This document shows positions 24,118 through 34,471 of a stretch of 41,407 bases of DNA, in pieces. The stretch's first letter is position 1, and each line of letters opens with the position of its first letter. The notes under the pieces are model-generated. The model saw only the letters and a program-made list of their open reading frames with translations, was not told where the DNA came from and made no database searches. The DNA lies in assembly GCA_046725875.1 (NCBI GenBank), contig JBKOZJ010000164.1, positions 1-41,407 on the forward strand, read 5' to 3'. This stretch comes from Actinomycetota bacterium (GTDB lineage: Bacteria; Actinomycetota; Actinomycetes; JAKEEW01). The position numbers were made by a program, and so were the translations under genes.

Positions 24118-25620
24118 ATGATGTCCGCCTTCGACCCCATGGCCGCGGGCCGCCCATCCGGCTCCGAAGCGCCGGATGGGCCCGCCGGCCGGCCATGGTG
24201 GCGCGTCTCGCGCTGGTTGCCCGCAAATCCGGTCTCGCCTTCGACAGCCGGCGGCTCGTCCCTGGCATCGGCGTCGTGGTGGAGGCCCGGTGGACCTGCG
24301 CCGTTCCGCCGGTGGCGGCTGTTCGGGGGCATCTGGCTACTCTTTCTGATCGAGCCGTTGCGGGAGGTACTCGACCAGGAGCGGATGTTCAAGCGGGTCC
24401 TGGGCGTGCTGCTGCTCGCCGGGTTCGCCGCGGTCTACCTGTTCCTCGTCCCGCGAGCCAGGCAGACCGGGTCGCACCGCAACGCCGTGCCGCTCACGCT
24501 CGGCTTGATCACCGTGGGCTTGGGCGGACTGATCGGTGCGCCAGCTCTGGGCACGCTGCCGTTCCTCTTGGTGACCGTGGCGCTCCTCACCTCGACCGAC
24601 CTCGCGCTCGCGATGACAGCGTTCGCTGCTGCGCTCATCGTTGCCGTACCCCAGTACATTCCGGCGTGGAACGTGACCGGCTGGCAGTGGGCACGCGGGG
24701 CATCCATCGGTTTCGCCGGCTTGGCCGCGGTCGGCTTCACCAGACTCATCCAATCCAACGTCGAGTTGCGGGCCGCGCGGGACGAGGTGGCCAGGCTTGC
24801 CGCGGAGGGGGAGCGGGCGCGGATTGCGCGGGACATGCACGACCTTCTGGGCCACTCGCTCACGACGATCGCGGTGAAAGCGGAGCTGGCGCAGCGGATC
24901 GCGGGCCGAGACACCGAGCGGGCCGAGGCCGAGATGACGGAGGTAGCCGGCCTCGCCCGGCAAGCCCTCGCCGACGTACGAGCCGCCGTCGCGGGTTATC
25001 GCGAGGTGAGCCTGGCCATGGAGTTGGCGAACGCCCGCGAGGTGCTCGCCGCGGCCGGGATCAGCGCGGAGATCCCAAGCGCGGTGGATGGCGTCCCACC
25101 CGAGCTGCGCGAGCTCTTCGGCTGGGTGGTCCGAGAGGGCGTTACGAATGTTGTACGGCACAGCAGGGCGCGACGGGTCACCATCAACCTGGAGCCGTAC
25201 GCGATCGAGATCGTGAATGACGGCACGCCCGGTTCTGGCGGTGGGCCTCGAGGCGGTGCCCCTATCTCCGGTAGCCCTGTCTCCGGTAGCCCTGTCTTCG
25301 GTGGCCCTCTCTCCGATGAACCCGTCTCCAATGACGCCGACTCCGGCGAGGCGGCGGACAGCACGGCGTCCCGCGGAAAGCCTGCTGGTACGGCAGCCGG
25401 TCACGGTCTGACCGGCCTTGCCGAACGTGCGGCGGCGCACGGTGCACGTGTTGAGGCCGGTCCCGACCCGCTTCACCCGAACGTGTTCAGGTTGAAGGTT
25501 GAGGTCCCGCCCAGAGCCGGCCAGTCCTTCCATCGTGTCGCGCGGATCGCCCCATCCCGGTCGCACCAGGCGGCGGACAGTAGCTCATCGGACGCATCGG
25601 CCGGCGGCGCGGCATCATGA
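24118..25620 (+). CDS. Membrane sensor histidine kinase (HisKA_3, DesK-like)
   Basis: ERARIARDMHDLLGHSLT, REGVTNVVRHS, NDG and GHGLTGLAER, with N-terminal TM segments. Confidence 0.93.
   Translation: MMSAFDPMAAGRPSGSEAPDGPAGRPWWRVSRWLPANPVSPSTAGGSSLASASWWRPGGPAPFRRWRLFGGIWLLFLIEPLREVLDQERMFKRVLGVLLLAGFAAVYLFLVPRARQTGSHRNAVPLTLGLITVGLGGLIGAPALGTLPFLLVTVALLTSTDLALAMTAFAAALIVAVPQYIPAWNVTGWQWARGASIGFAGLAAVGFTRLIQSNVELRAARDEVARLAAEGERARIARDMHDLLGHSLTTIAVKAELAQRIAGRDTERAEAEMTEVAGLARQALADVRAAVAGYREVSLAMELANAREVLAAAGISAEIPSAVDGVPPELRELFGWVVREGVTNVVRHSRARRVTINLEPYAIEIVNDGTPGSGGGPRGGAPISGSPVSGSPVFGGPLSDEPVSNDADSGEAADSTASRGKPAGTAAGHGLTGLAERAAAHGARVEAGPDPLHPNVFRLKVEVPPRAGQSFHRVARIAPSRSHQAADSSSSDASAGGAAS
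25261..25335 (+). repeat. Degenerate 15-bp tandem repeat in the kinase ATPase domain
   Basis: cctatctccggtagc / cctgtctccggtagc / cctgtcttcggtggc / cctctctccgatgaa / cccgtctccaatgac (PISGS PVSGS PVFGG PLSDE PVSND). Confidence 0.85.
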
Positions 25621-26222
25621 TCAAAGTCCTGCTCGCGGACGACCAGCACCTTGTGCGCGGGGCACTGGCGGCGCTGCTCAGCCTCGAGAATGACATCACG
25701 GTCGTCGCCGAGGTCGGCCGCGGCGACGAGCTTGTCGAGGCCGCCAAAGAGTTCGGCCCTGACGTGGCGCTCGTGGACGTCGAGATGCCAGGCCTCGACG
25801 GGCTCGCCGCGACTGCGGCCCTCCGCACCGCGGTCCCCTCCTGCCGCGTGCTGATCCTCACCACCTTCGGCCGCCCGGGCTACCTGCGCCGGGCAATGGA
25901 GGCGGGCGCCTACGGGTTCATGGTCAAGGATGCGCCGCCGGAGCAGCTGGCCGATGCGGTACGACGGATCGCCGCGAGGGAGCGAGTCGTTGACCCGGTC
26001 CTTGCCGCCGAGTCGCTGGCCGGTGGGCCGAACCCGCTAACGGCTCGCGAGCGGGACGTCCTTGCCGCGGCTCGCGGTGGCGCCACGGTGGCGGACATCG
26101 CACGGCGTCTCTATCTCTCCGAAGGCACCGTGCGGAACTACCTGTCAGCTGCCATCGCGAAGACCGGCACCAGGAACCGGGTCGAGGCCGTACTCCACGC
26201 CGAACAACACGGTTGGCTGTAG
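25617..26222 (+). CDS. NarL/LuxR-family response regulator (DesR-like)
   Basis: LLADDQ, ALVDVEMP (phospho-Asp), TTF, VKD and LSEGTVRNYLS HTH. Confidence 0.95.
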   Translation: MIKVLLADDQHLVRGALAALLSLENDITVVAEVGRGDELVEAAKEFGPDVALVDVEMPGLDGLAATAALRTAVPSCRVLILTTFGRPGYLRRAMEAGAYGFMVKDAPPEQLADAVRRIAARERVVDPVLAAESLAGGPNPLTARERDVLAAARGGATVADIARRLYLSEGTVRNYLSAAIAKTGTRNRVEAVLHAEQHGWL

Positions 26223-26280
26223 TGTCACGCGACACTACAGCCAACCTCGAGCAGTAGCCAGGGCCATGGAGGCGGGTGAG

Positions 26281-26622
26281 TCAGAGCCCTCCTAACTCCT
26301 GTGCTCTCGGCGGCGTGCCGCCCCGGCCGGTCTCGTGCTCCCACATCGACAGCTGCTGTTCCAGAGCCTTCATAAGCTCGAAGACCTGGCTGGGCGGGAT
26401 CCGTACCCGGGCGACGATGCGGGCGGGCATGACCTGGGCGACGCTACGCGAGTCCGCGTCCTCGACCGCGAACGGCGGCCGGCGAAGCGCGGCGAAGTCG
26501 AGGACGAAAGAGTCCGGCGTGTGCCACAGCGACACAAAATCAGCCCACAGCCCTTGCTCGACCTCGGGACTGATCTCGATCTCGAAACGCTGCTCGGCTG
26601 GCCGGCCAGGCTGCTCCGTCAT
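26281..26622 (-). CDS. DUF3467-like small protein
   Basis: EVEQGLWADFVSLWHTPDSFVLDF...IVARVRIPPSQ...LMKALEQQLSMWE. Confidence 0.75.
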   Translation of the reverse strand: MTEQPGRPAEQRFEIEISPEVEQGLWADFVSLWHTPDSFVLDFAALRRPPFAVEDADSRSVAQVMPARIVARVRIPPSQVFELMKALEQQLSMWEHETGRGGTPPRAQELGGL

Positions 26623-26772
26623 GCCAGCAGACCTTAGAGCATGGTTGGTATTACGGTGTCAGCACGATCCCGGCGTTCCGATGACAGGGCAGGCATCCCC
26701 ATCGCTGCCTCTGATCGAAGCTCCTCAGATCACGAGACGGCTACGGGAGTCGTCACAGATTCGGCGCTCTGG

Positions 26773-26812
26773 CTTCATCTCGCGTTCACCTTCTTGACCC
26801 ACCCGGCTCAAC
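26773..26812 (+). promoter_or_regulatory. PHO box (11-bp-period GTTCACC-like direct repeats)
   Basis: CTTCATC (26773), GTTCACC (26784) and GCTCAAC (26806) are in 11-nt register upstream of pstS, matching Streptomyces-type PhoP repeat units. Confidence 0.7.
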
Positions 26813-26927
26813 GAGCCCCCCTTTGATCTGGGTAGCGACCCGGATAGCCCGGTCGCCCTGCCAATCAAGGATGGTCCGGCGGCGCCCTAGACCGCCGGCT
26901 GACCGGAAGGTCGAGGACGACATCGAC

Positions 26928-27887
26928 ATGAAGCGGGCACTCCCCAAGGCGCTAGTGATGGCTAGCGCGCTCGCCCTCGCGCTGACCGCGTGCGGGGGCG
27001 ACGACGGAAGCGGGACCGGCCAGGACACACAGCTGTCCGGGATGATCGCGGTAGACGGGTCGAGCACGGTTGGTCCGCTGACCTCGGTCGCCGCCGAGCT
27101 GTTCAAAGAGCAGCAGCCCAACGTGAACGTTACGGTCGGCATCTCGGGTACCGGAGGCGGTTTCGAGAAGTTCTGCACCGGCGAGACCGACATCTCCGAC
27201 GCCTCCCGGCCGATCGAGGACGACGAGAAGGCCGCCTGCCAGGCCAAGGGCATCCAGTACAGCGAGTTCACGATGGCCAACGACGCGCTGACCGTGGTCG
27301 TGAACAAGGACAACACCTGGGCGACCTGCCTGACTGTGGCCGAGCTGAAGAAGATCTGGGAGCCCGGTTCGAAGATCAACAACTGGAGCCAAGTGCGCTC
27401 CGGTTTCCCGAACGAGCGGCTCACACTGGCCGGGCCAGGCACTGACTCGGGCACCTTCGACTACTTCACCGATACGATCAACGGCGAGGAGGGCGCCAGC
27501 CGCACGGACTACAGCCCGTCCGAGGACGACAATGTCACCGTGCAGAGCGTCAAGGGCGCCAAGGGCGGCATGGGCTACTTCGGCTTCAGCTACTACGAGG
27601 AGAACCAGGACACGCTCAAGGCGCTGGAGATCGACAACGGCAGCGGCTGCGTGGCCCCCAGCGTCGAGACCGCCCAGGACGGCAGCTACGCGCCGCTATC
27701 CCGGCCGCTGTTCATCTACCCGAAGGCTGCCTCGCTGAAGGAGCCTGAGGTGCTGGGCTTCGTGGAGTACTACGTTGCGAACGCCGAGCAGATCGCCGAA
27801 GAGGCCGGCTTCGTGCCGGTCAACCCCACCCAGAAGGCGAAGCTCCAGGCCGACCTGCAGAAGCTAAAGTCCTCGGCCGGCGCTTGA
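26928..27887 (+). CDS. pstS: Phosphate ABC transporter substrate-binding lipoprotein
   Basis: Lipobox LTAC, DGSSTVGP, SGTGGGF, DASRPI, SGTFDYF and YAPLSRPLFIY. ATG 26928 follows GAGG. Confidence 0.95.
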   Translation: MKRALPKALVMASALALALTACGGDDGSGTGQDTQLSGMIAVDGSSTVGPLTSVAAELFKEQQPNVNVTVGISGTGGGFEKFCTGETDISDASRPIEDDEKAACQAKGIQYSEFTMANDALTVVVNKDNTWATCLTVAELKKIWEPGSKINNWSQVRSGFPNERLTLAGPGTDSGTFDYFTDTINGEEGASRTDYSPSEDDNVTVQSVKGAKGGMGYFGFSYYEENQDTLKALEIDNGSGCVAPSVETAQDGSYAPLSRPLFIYPKAASLKEPEVLGFVEYYVANAEQIAEEAGFVPVNPTQKAKLQADLQKLKSSAGA

Positions 27888-27893
27888 CCTTCG

Positions 27894-28841
27894 ATGATGG
27901 CAACGACTGAAGCGCCTGTCCCAGGGGCCTCCGCACCGCGGGGGTCCCTGAGGCGTTCCCGCCCCCGTTATGGGGAGCTTGCGATCAAGACCGTCCTTGC
28001 CGCGGCGGCGACGCTATCCGTACTCACCACGGCCGGGATCGTGATCTCCTTGATCCCTCCGACGGTGAGGTTCTTTAAGCGGGTCGACGTCGTCGAGTTC
28101 TTCACCGGGACGGACTGGGCGGCCCTTTTCAAGCCACCGGCCTATGGGGTCCTTCCGCTCGTGTCCGGAACCTTGCTGGTGACAGCGATCGCCGTTGTCA
28201 TCGCCGTGCCGATCGGCCTGCTCACCGCGATCTACTTGTCGGAGTTCGCCCATCCGCGCGTGCGCAAGACGGTGAAGCCGGTGCTCGAGGTGCTGGCCGG
28301 TATCCCGACGGTCGTCTTCGGCTTCTTCGCCCTCGCCGCGGTCACCCCCCTTCTCCAGGAGTGGCTGCCGTGGCAGGTGGAGCCGCGGAATGCTTTGGCA
28401 CCGGGGTTGGTCATGGCGGTCATGCTCATCCCGACGGTGGCCTCGCTGTCGGAGGACGCGATGTCCGCGGTGCCGCAGGCGCTTCGAGACGGCGGCTTCG
28501 CCCTTGGATCCTCGCGGATGGTCGTGTCGCTGCGAGTGGTTGTGCCCGCGGCGCTGTCGGGCATCGTGGCGGCAGTGATCCTTGCGATCTCGCGCGCCAT
28601 CGGCGAGACGATGATCGTCTACATCGCCTTCGGAGCACGGCCGACCTTCACGCCCAACCCGTTGGTCGAAGGCGAGACGATGGCCGCCTATATAGCACAG
28701 GCAGGCTCCGGCGACTTGCCGGTTTCGTCGTTCGACTACACGACCATCTTCGCGGTCGGCGCGCTGCTGTTCGCGCTGACCTTCGCGATGAACGCCGTGA
28801 GCATCCGCTTGGTGCGCAAGTACCGGGAGGTGTACGAATGA
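27894..28841 (+). CDS. pstC: Phosphate ABC permease PstC
   Basis: AIYLSE, LEVLAGIPTVVFG and SRAIGETMIV. Confidence 0.95.
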   Translation: MMATTEAPVPGASAPRGSLRRSRPRYGELAIKTVLAAAATLSVLTTAGIVISLIPPTVRFFKRVDVVEFFTGTDWAALFKPPAYGVLPLVSGTLLVTAIAVVIAVPIGLLTAIYLSEFAHPRVRKTVKPVLEVLAGIPTVVFGFFALAAVTPLLQEWLPWQVEPRNALAPGLVMAVMLIPTVASLSEDAMSAVPQALRDGGFALGSSRMVVSLRVVVPAALSGIVAAVILAISRAIGETMIVYIAFGARPTFTPNPLVEGETMAAYIAQAGSGDLPVSSFDYTTIFAVGALLFALTFAMNAVSIRLVRKYREVYE

Positions 28842-29752
28842 CGACGGACGGGGTCGCGGCGCGGGTGGCTGTCGAGCGCAGCCTCGCGGGCCACCGGCGC
28901 CCACTGCGCGAGTACGTCTTCCACCTCATCTTGCTGCTGAGCGTCGCCGTGGCGCTCGCGTTCCTCATCACGCTGCTCGGTTATGTGGTCGTGCACGGCT
29001 GGGACCGGCTGGACGCGAACCTCTTCACGCAGCAGCCGACGTCGATCCTGCGCCGCGTGCTGCGCGGCGAGGGCGGTGTCCAATCAGCGATCTTCGGAAC
29101 TCTTTGGGTCATCTCGCTGACGGCGGTGATATGCATACCGATCGGCGTGCTGGCAGCGATCTACCTGGAGGAGTATGCCCGGCCCAACTTCTGGTTCAAC
29201 CGAGTGATCGAGCTGAACATCCAGAACCTCGCCGCGGTGCCGTCAATCGTCTATGGCATTCTTGGGCTTGGATTGATCGCCCGGGCACCGTTGAACCTCG
29301 GTTTTACCGTGATCACAGCGGCGCTGACCCTCTCGCTGTTGGTTCTGCCCATTGTGATCATCTCGTCGCGAGAGGCGATCCGAGCGGTGCCCAACTCGAT
29401 CCGCCAAGGTTCGCTCGCCCTGGGGGCCACCCAGTGGCAGACGATCCGGCGTCAAGTCCTGCCGGCGTCTATTCCCGGCATCGCCACCGGGACGATCCTT
29501 GCGCTCTCCCGCGCGATCGGCGAAGCCGCGCCGCTGCTGATGCTCGGCGCCGTGCAGTTCGTGACGTTCAACCCCAGTGGGCCGGACAGCCACTACACCG
29601 TCCTGCCGATCCAGATCTTCAACCTGGCCACTCGGCCGCAGGAGGGCTTTCGCAGCCTCGCCTGGGCGGCGATCATCGTCCTGCTGTGCATCCTGCTGCT
29701 CATGAACTCGGTGGCTATTTTCGTACGTAACCGGTACCAGCAGCGGTGGTGA
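28838..29752 (+). CDS. pstA: Phosphate ABC permease PstA
   Basis: [30 protein letters not shown] and [12 protein letters not shown] 28838 overlaps the pstC stop. Confidence 0.95.
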   Translation: MTTDGVAARVAVERSLAGHRRPLREYVFHLILLLSVAVALAFLITLLGYVVVHGWDRLDANLFTQQPTSILRRVLRGEGGVQSAIFGTLWVISLTAVICIPIGVLAAIYLEEYARPNFWFNRVIELNIQNLAAVPSIVYGILGLGLIARAPLNLGFTVITAALTLSLLVLPIVIISSREAIRAVPNSIRQGSLALGATQWQTIRRQVLPASIPGIATGTILALSRAIGEAAPLLMLGAVQFVTFNPSGPDSHYTVLPIQIFNLATRPQEGFRSLAWAAIIVLLCILLLMNSVAIFVRNRYQQRW

Positions 29753-29756
29753 TGAG

Positions 29757-30632
29757 GTGACAGAAACCGTGTCCTCTTCGGCGAAGAGCGAGGAGGCAAA
29801 CATCAGCGCAGCGCCAACCCTGCGACTCGGCCGAGAGCGGGACGTGCCGGGTCTCGAAGCACCGGTCTTCGAGCTCAGCGACGTAAGCGTGTGGTACGGC
29901 GACTACCAAGCCGTCCGCAACGTCGACCTGACCATCGGCCCGCAGCAGATCACGGCGCTCATCGGCCCGTCGGGTTGCGGGAAGTCCACCGTGATCCGCT
30001 GCCTGAACCGGATGAACGATCTCATTCCCGGGGCCCGAGTCGACGGGAAGATCACCTATCACGGGGAGGATATGTATGCCGACTATGTCGACCCGATCGA
30101 GGTGCGGCGCCGGATCGGGATGGTGTTCCAGAAGCCGAACCCGTTCCCCAAGTCCGTGTACGACAACGTCGCCTACGGCCCACGGGTCAACGGGATGAAG
30201 GCCAACCTGGACGACATCGTCGAGGAGGCGTTGGTCGGTGCGGCACTGTGGGACGAGGTCAAGGACAAGCTGAAGTCGAACGCCCTCGCGCTTTCCGGCG
30301 GCCAGCAGCAGCGCCTGTGCATTGCGCGGACGATCGCGGTCAAACCCGAGGTCATCCTCATGGACGAGCCGTGCTCCTCGCTCGACCCGATCGCCACCGC
30401 GAAGATCGAAGACCTGATGCAGAAGCTCGTCACCGAGTTCACGATCGTGATCGTCACGCACAACATGCAGCAGGCAGCGCGCGTCTCGGACCGTACGGCG
30501 TTTTTCACCGCGGACGTCGACGCCAACCTCGTCCGGCACGGCCGGCTGGTCGAGTACGACTTCACCCGGAAGATGTTCAGCAACCCGACGGACAGGCGGA
30601 CCGAGGACTACATCACCGGCCGGTTCGGGTGA
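29757..30632 (+). CDS. pstB: Phosphate ABC ATPase PstB
   Basis: [44 protein letters not shown] and [10 protein letters not shown]. Confidence 0.97.
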   Translation: MTETVSSSAKSEEANISAAPTLRLGRERDVPGLEAPVFELSDVSVWYGDYQAVRNVDLTIGPQQITALIGPSGCGKSTVIRCLNRMNDLIPGARVDGKITYHGEDMYADYVDPIEVRRRIGMVFQKPNPFPKSVYDNVAYGPRVNGMKANLDDIVEEALVGAALWDEVKDKLKSNALALSGGQQQRLCIARTIAVKPEVILMDEPCSSLDPIATAKIEDLMQKLVTEFTIVIVTHNMQQAARVSDRTAFFTADVDANLVRHGRLVEYDFTRKMFSNPTDRRTEDYITGRFG

Positions 30633-30639
30633 GCACGGC

Positions 30640-31485
30640 ATGGCCGCCGAGCCCGAAGTCGACAAAGAGCTCGGCGCGGTCCTGACCGCGCCTTCCCGCC
30701 GTACGTCCACCCAGGGAACGACTCCGTTGGGACCTTCCGGCCGTGCGCCCACCCAAGAGCCGGTTCACGTCGACCATCCGACGGCCGTCCTCGAACGGGC
30801 CGAGCCCACGCTCGGCGCGGTCCTGCTTGTTGCCGACCCGGACGTGGAGTTTGTCCGGGACCTCGCGGCGCGGCTCGCGGACCGGCTGGTGACCGTCGTA
30901 CACAGCGCGGACGGGGCAGACGCGCTGCTTCGCATCGGTGCGCAGCGGCCCGACGCGATCCTCGTGGCGGCCCGGCTACCGGTCGTGGACGGGGCGACGG
31001 TGGTGCAGGCGTTGCGGCGGCAAGGCACAACCATTCCGATCGTGCTCGGCGCGGGACCCGACGATGCGGAGGCGACGGTGCGCGCGCTCGGGGCGGGGGC
31101 GAGCGCGTGTATCAGCCGGCCCTACCGCTCGTCGGAGGTCGCCCAGCTGCTCAACCTCGTACGTTCGGCAGGCGACGGCAGGCGGGTCGTCGTGTGCGGG
31201 TCGGTCAGCATCAACCCCGCGTCCTACGAGGTTCGGGTGGGCGACGAGCCGGTCTATCTGCCGATGCGCGAGTTCAGATTGCTGCACCTGCTGATGTCGC
31301 GGGCGGAACGGCTCGTCACCCGAGCCGAGATCAGCGCCCGGCTGTGGGGCGGAGTTCGGCAACGGTCTAATACGATCACCGTTCACGTGCGGCGGCTGCG
31401 GGAGCGGCTCGGCGACGACCCACATCGCCCCCGGATGATCCAGACGGTCCGCGGGCTGGGCTACCGCTTCGTCCCGCCCGGCTAG
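30640..31485 (+). CDS. OmpR/PhoB-family regulator with degenerate (pseudo-)receiver domain
   Basis: C-terminal wHTH (REFRLLHLLM, SNTITVHVRRLRERLGD, IQTVRGLGYRF). The receiver reads PDAILVAARLP (no phospho-Asp) and ISRPY (K to R). Confidence 0.88.
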   Translation: MAAEPEVDKELGAVLTAPSRRTSTQGTTPLGPSGRAPTQEPVHVDHPTAVLERAEPTLGAVLLVADPDVEFVRDLAARLADRLVTVVHSADGADALLRIGAQRPDAILVAARLPVVDGATVVQALRRQGTTIPIVLGAGPDDAEATVRALGAGASACISRPYRSSEVAQLLNLVRSAGDGRRVVVCGSVSINPASYEVRVGDEPVYLPMREFRLLHLLMSRAERLVTRAEISARLWGGVRQRSNTITVHVRRLRERLGDDPHRPRMIQTVRGLGYRFVPPG

Positions 31486-31543
31486 CGGACCTTCGGCCGT
31501 TAGGAGAGCGAACGAATCGGGGCGTAGACCCGCATCGGCGACA

Positions 31544-33217
31544 CTAAATCCAGCTTTGAAACCACATGCGATCGTGCCAGTCAGGGTAGGGGATCACGTC
31601 CGCGGCGTAGATCGGGTAGAAGTAGACGAAGGTCAGCACGACGAGCAGGACGATCCCGCCGGCGACGCCGGCGCCGATCGCTCGCCGTCGCGACGACGCA
31701 TCGGGCGGACCCAGGATGTAGCCCAGGAGCAGCGTCACCCCCAGCACAAGGAAGGGCACCATCGCGATGGCATAGAAGTAGAAGATCGTCCGCTCGGTGT
31801 ACTGGAACCACGGCAGGTATGTGGCGCCTACCCCCGCGAGTATTGCGCCGGCCCGCCAGTCCCGCCGGGCAAGCCATAGCCAGATGCAGAACACCAGGGC
31901 TGCGATGCTGAGCCACCACAGCGTCGGCGTGCCGAGCGCAAGCACTGCGCTGGAGCAGCTGTCGACCGAGCAACCGTGCTGTCCGTTCTTGTAGCCGACG
32001 TAGTAGTAAGACACCGGCCGGGCGAGGACGAGCCACCCCCAGGGGCTGGACATGTACGGGTGCGGGCTGCGGTCCCGGTCGAGATGTATATGGAAGTCGT
32101 ATGCCTGAGAGTGGTAATGCCAGAGGCTGCGCACCGATTCCGGCACGATTCCGAACCGCCAGCCACGTCCTGCTGCCCAGTCCCGGTCGTAGCCGTCGTC
32201 GCTGAGAAACCAGCCGGTCCAGGACGCGATGTAGACGACGGTGCCGACGGCGACGATAGCGCCGAATGCCGGCAGCGCGTCCTTGACCAGCGCGCCGAGC
32301 AGCGGAGAGGGCACGCCGGCCGCCCGCCGCGCTCCGCTGTCCCACAGAAATGCGAGCACGGCGAACACCACGACCGCGAAAAGGCCGCTCCACTTGGTCG
32401 CGACGGCGAGGCCAAGGCAGACCACGGCGAGCAGCCGCCATGGCCGCCAACCCAGCCGGGGCCCGAAGTCCCCGTACGCGCGCCCGAGGTTCCCGCCGCG
32501 CCGTTCGGCGAGTACGGCCATGCGGTCCCGCGCCCGGTCACGGTCGACGAGCAAGCAGCCGAACGCGGCCAGGATCCAGAACATCAGGATGAGGTCGAGC
32601 AGAGACGTGCGGCTCATCACGAAATGCAGGCCGTCGACTGCGAGCAATAGGCCGGCGGTACAGCCGAGCACGGTCGAGCGGGTCATCCGGCGCGCGATCC
32701 TGGCGATCATAAGGACCGAAAGCGTGCCGAGGAGCGCGACCATGAAGCGCCAGCCGTAGGGGTTGAAACCGAAGAGCTGCTCCCCGAGGGCGATGATCCA
32801 CTTCCCGGCGGGCGGGTGGACCACATAGGCGCCGTTGCCACTGAAGACGTTGGTGTTCCCGGCGAGGATCTTATCGTTGGCGTCCTTGATGTACTCCATC
32901 TCGACGCCGAAGTGGAGCAGTGACCAGGCGTCCTTGGCGTAGTAGGTCTCGTCGAAGACGAAGGCCCGCGGGCTGCCCAGCCGGTAGAAGCGGAGGATGC
33001 CCGCGACCAGCGCGACCGCGATCGGACCCAACCACCCGGCCAGACCCGGTGAGAGCCTCGGCACCATCCGGCGGCGCAGCGAGGGCGGCGGTCGGCGCGG
33101 TGCGGCGGGAGCGCTTCGAAATCTTGACCGGACCTCGGCGGCTACCTCGGCGGGCACGGGTGCCGTCCTGCTGGATGGCACCGACCCGGCACCCGAGCGC
33201 AGCTCCGTCGAGGTCAC
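31544..33217 (-). CDS. pmt: Polyprenol-phosphate-mannose protein O-mannosyltransferase
   Basis: [39 protein letters not shown] and FYFYA. GTG 33217 chosen because TACGAT lies 6 nt upstream (leaderless). Confidence 0.92.
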   Translation of the reverse strand: MTSTELRSGAGSVPSSRTAPVPAEVAAEVRSRFRSAPAAPRRPPPSLRRRMVPRLSPGLAGWLGPIAVALVAGILRFYRLGSPRAFVFDETYYAKDAWSLLHFGVEMEYIKDANDKILAGNTNVFSGNGAYVVHPPAGKWIIALGEQLFGFNPYGWRFMVALLGTLSVLMIARIARRMTRSTVLGCTAGLLLAVDGLHFVMSRTSLLDLILMFWILAAFGCLLVDRDRARDRMAVLAERRGGNLGRAYGDFGPRLGWRPWRLLAVVCLGLAVATKWSGLFAVVVFAVLAFLWDSGARRAAGVPSPLLGALVKDALPAFGAIVAVGTVVYIASWTGWFLSDDGYDRDWAAGRGWRFGIVPESVRSLWHYHSQAYDFHIHLDRDRSPHPYMSSPWGWLVLARPVSYYYVGYKNGQHGCSVDSCSSAVLALGTPTLWWLSIAALVFCIWLWLARRDWRAGAILAGVGATYLPWFQYTERTIFYFYAIAMVPFLVLGVTLLLGYILGPPDASSRRRAIGAGVAGGIVLLVVLTFVYFYPIYAADVIPYPDWHDRMWFQSWI

Positions 33218-33352
33218 CGGCCAATCGTACGGACCGGACGGGGCGGCTTCGGCCAACCGACGTTGCTCCTAGCCGGAAAGAGCTCGCGGGTGCGCATCGG
33301 CCCTGGTCCAGAGGGCAGTGGTACGCCGGCGGCGCCGGCCGGCGGGCAGCGG

Positions 33353-33496
33353 GCACGAGCCGCGGACACGAGCGGCTGCACGAGCAGCGAGCACGAGCAG
33401 CGAGCACGAGCAGCGAGCACGGAGTTGAATGGCGCAGTGAGTGCCCCAGTGAATGGCGCAGTGAACGGGGCAGTGACCGGGGCAGTGAACAGGGCA
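33353..33496 (+). repeat. Adjacent 13-bp (GCACGAGCAGCGA) and 12-bp (GTGAAYGGNGCA-like) tandem arrays
   Basis: Three perfect 13-bp units at 33378-33416 with degenerate flanks, then six 12-bp units at 33425-33496, each beginning TTG/GTG in the rsmI frame. Confidence 0.9.
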
Positions 33497-34342
33497 GGGG
33501 CAGGCGATGGGCTGCTGGTGTTGGCTGCGACGCCGATCGGCCGGATCGACGATGCGCCGCCCCGGCTGCGAGACGAGCTTGCCGCGGCCGACGTCATCGC
33601 GGCCGAGGACACGCGGCGTCTGCGCCGGCTCGCATCGGCGCTCGGCGTGACCGTCACCGGCCGGGTTGTCTCCTACTACGACGCGAATGAGGCGGCTCGG
33701 ACTCAAGAGCTCGTCGAGGCACTGCGCGCGGGGGCGCGGGTCGTTCTGGTTACCGACGCCGGGATGCCGGCCGTATCCGATCCAGGTTTCCGCCTGGTGA
33801 GCGCGGCGGTCGAGGCCGGAGTCCGGGTGACCGCCGTGCCTGGCCCGTCGGCAGTGCTCACGGCGCTGGCCGTTTCCGGGCTTCCGGTCGACAGGTTCTG
33901 CTTTGAAGGCTTTCTGCCGCGCCGGAGCGGCGAGCGCGCGGCCCGCCTGCGCGCGCTCGCCGCGGAACCTCGAACGATCGTGTTCTTCGAGGCGCCGCAC
34001 CGGCTTGCCGCCGTGCTCGCCGCAATGCGGGACGCGTTCGGAGCTGAGCGGGCCGCCGTGGTGGGCCGCGAGCTTACGAAGACGCACGAGGAGGTGCGCC
34101 GCGGGGCGCTGGCCGAGCTGGCCGCGTGGGCCGCGGACGGAGTCCGGGGCGAGGTCACGGTCGTCGTCGCCGGAGCGCCCGCCGCCGGCACCGCGACAGG
34201 TGCCGATCCGGTCGCCCTGGCCGCTTCTGTCGCCGCGCTCGAAGCGGCCGGCGAGCCGAGGAAGGCCGCGATCGCCGCTGTCGCCGCCGAGTCCGGCGTA
34301 CCAAAGCGCGTGGTTTACGACGCTGTTCACCGCCGATCGTGA
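33485..34342 (+). CDS. rsmI: 16S rRNA C1402 2'-O-methyltransferase
   Basis: [45 protein letters not shown] and RELTKTHEE. Start is ambiguous, with in-frame starts from 33263 to 33485. Confidence 0.93.
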   Translation: MNRAGAGDGLLVLAATPIGRIDDAPPRLRDELAAADVIAAEDTRRLRRLASALGVTVTGRVVSYYDANEAARTQELVEALRAGARVVLVTDAGMPAVSDPGFRLVSAAVEAGVRVTAVPGPSAVLTALAVSGLPVDRFCFEGFLPRRSGERAARLRALAAEPRTIVFFEAPHRLAAVLAAMRDAFGAERAAVVGRELTKTHEEVRRGALAELAAWAADGVRGEVTVVVAGAPAAGTATGADPVALAASVAALEAAGEPRKAAIAAVAAESGVPKRVVYDAVHRRS

Positions 34343-34471
34343 ACGCACCGTAAGTGCGTTTGCGGTCTCGCCATGAGATCCCGATAGGTTTCCCATCGAG
34401 GAGCGAACGATCGGGGCGCCGGGAAGGGTCGAAGTCCGCATCTCGAGGATGGGTGCGGTATGGAGGTGCTT

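Noticed and set aside
23286..25220. 644-aa alternative-frame ORF, and other long shadow ORFs (e.g. 7435-8673, 24337-25566, 35041-36396, 36718-38007)
   Set aside because: Arg/Pro/Gly-rich, no recognisable motifs, and overlapping well-supported genes. Expected from stop-codon scarcity at high GC.
30640..31485. Calling the regulator phoP/regX3/phoB
   Set aside because: It lacks the phosphoacceptor Asp and conserved Lys and has no cognate kinase.
33353..33496. CRISPR-like array
   Set aside because: Units are 12-13 bp, contiguous and have no unique spacers; no cas genes. The same applies to 20451-20525.
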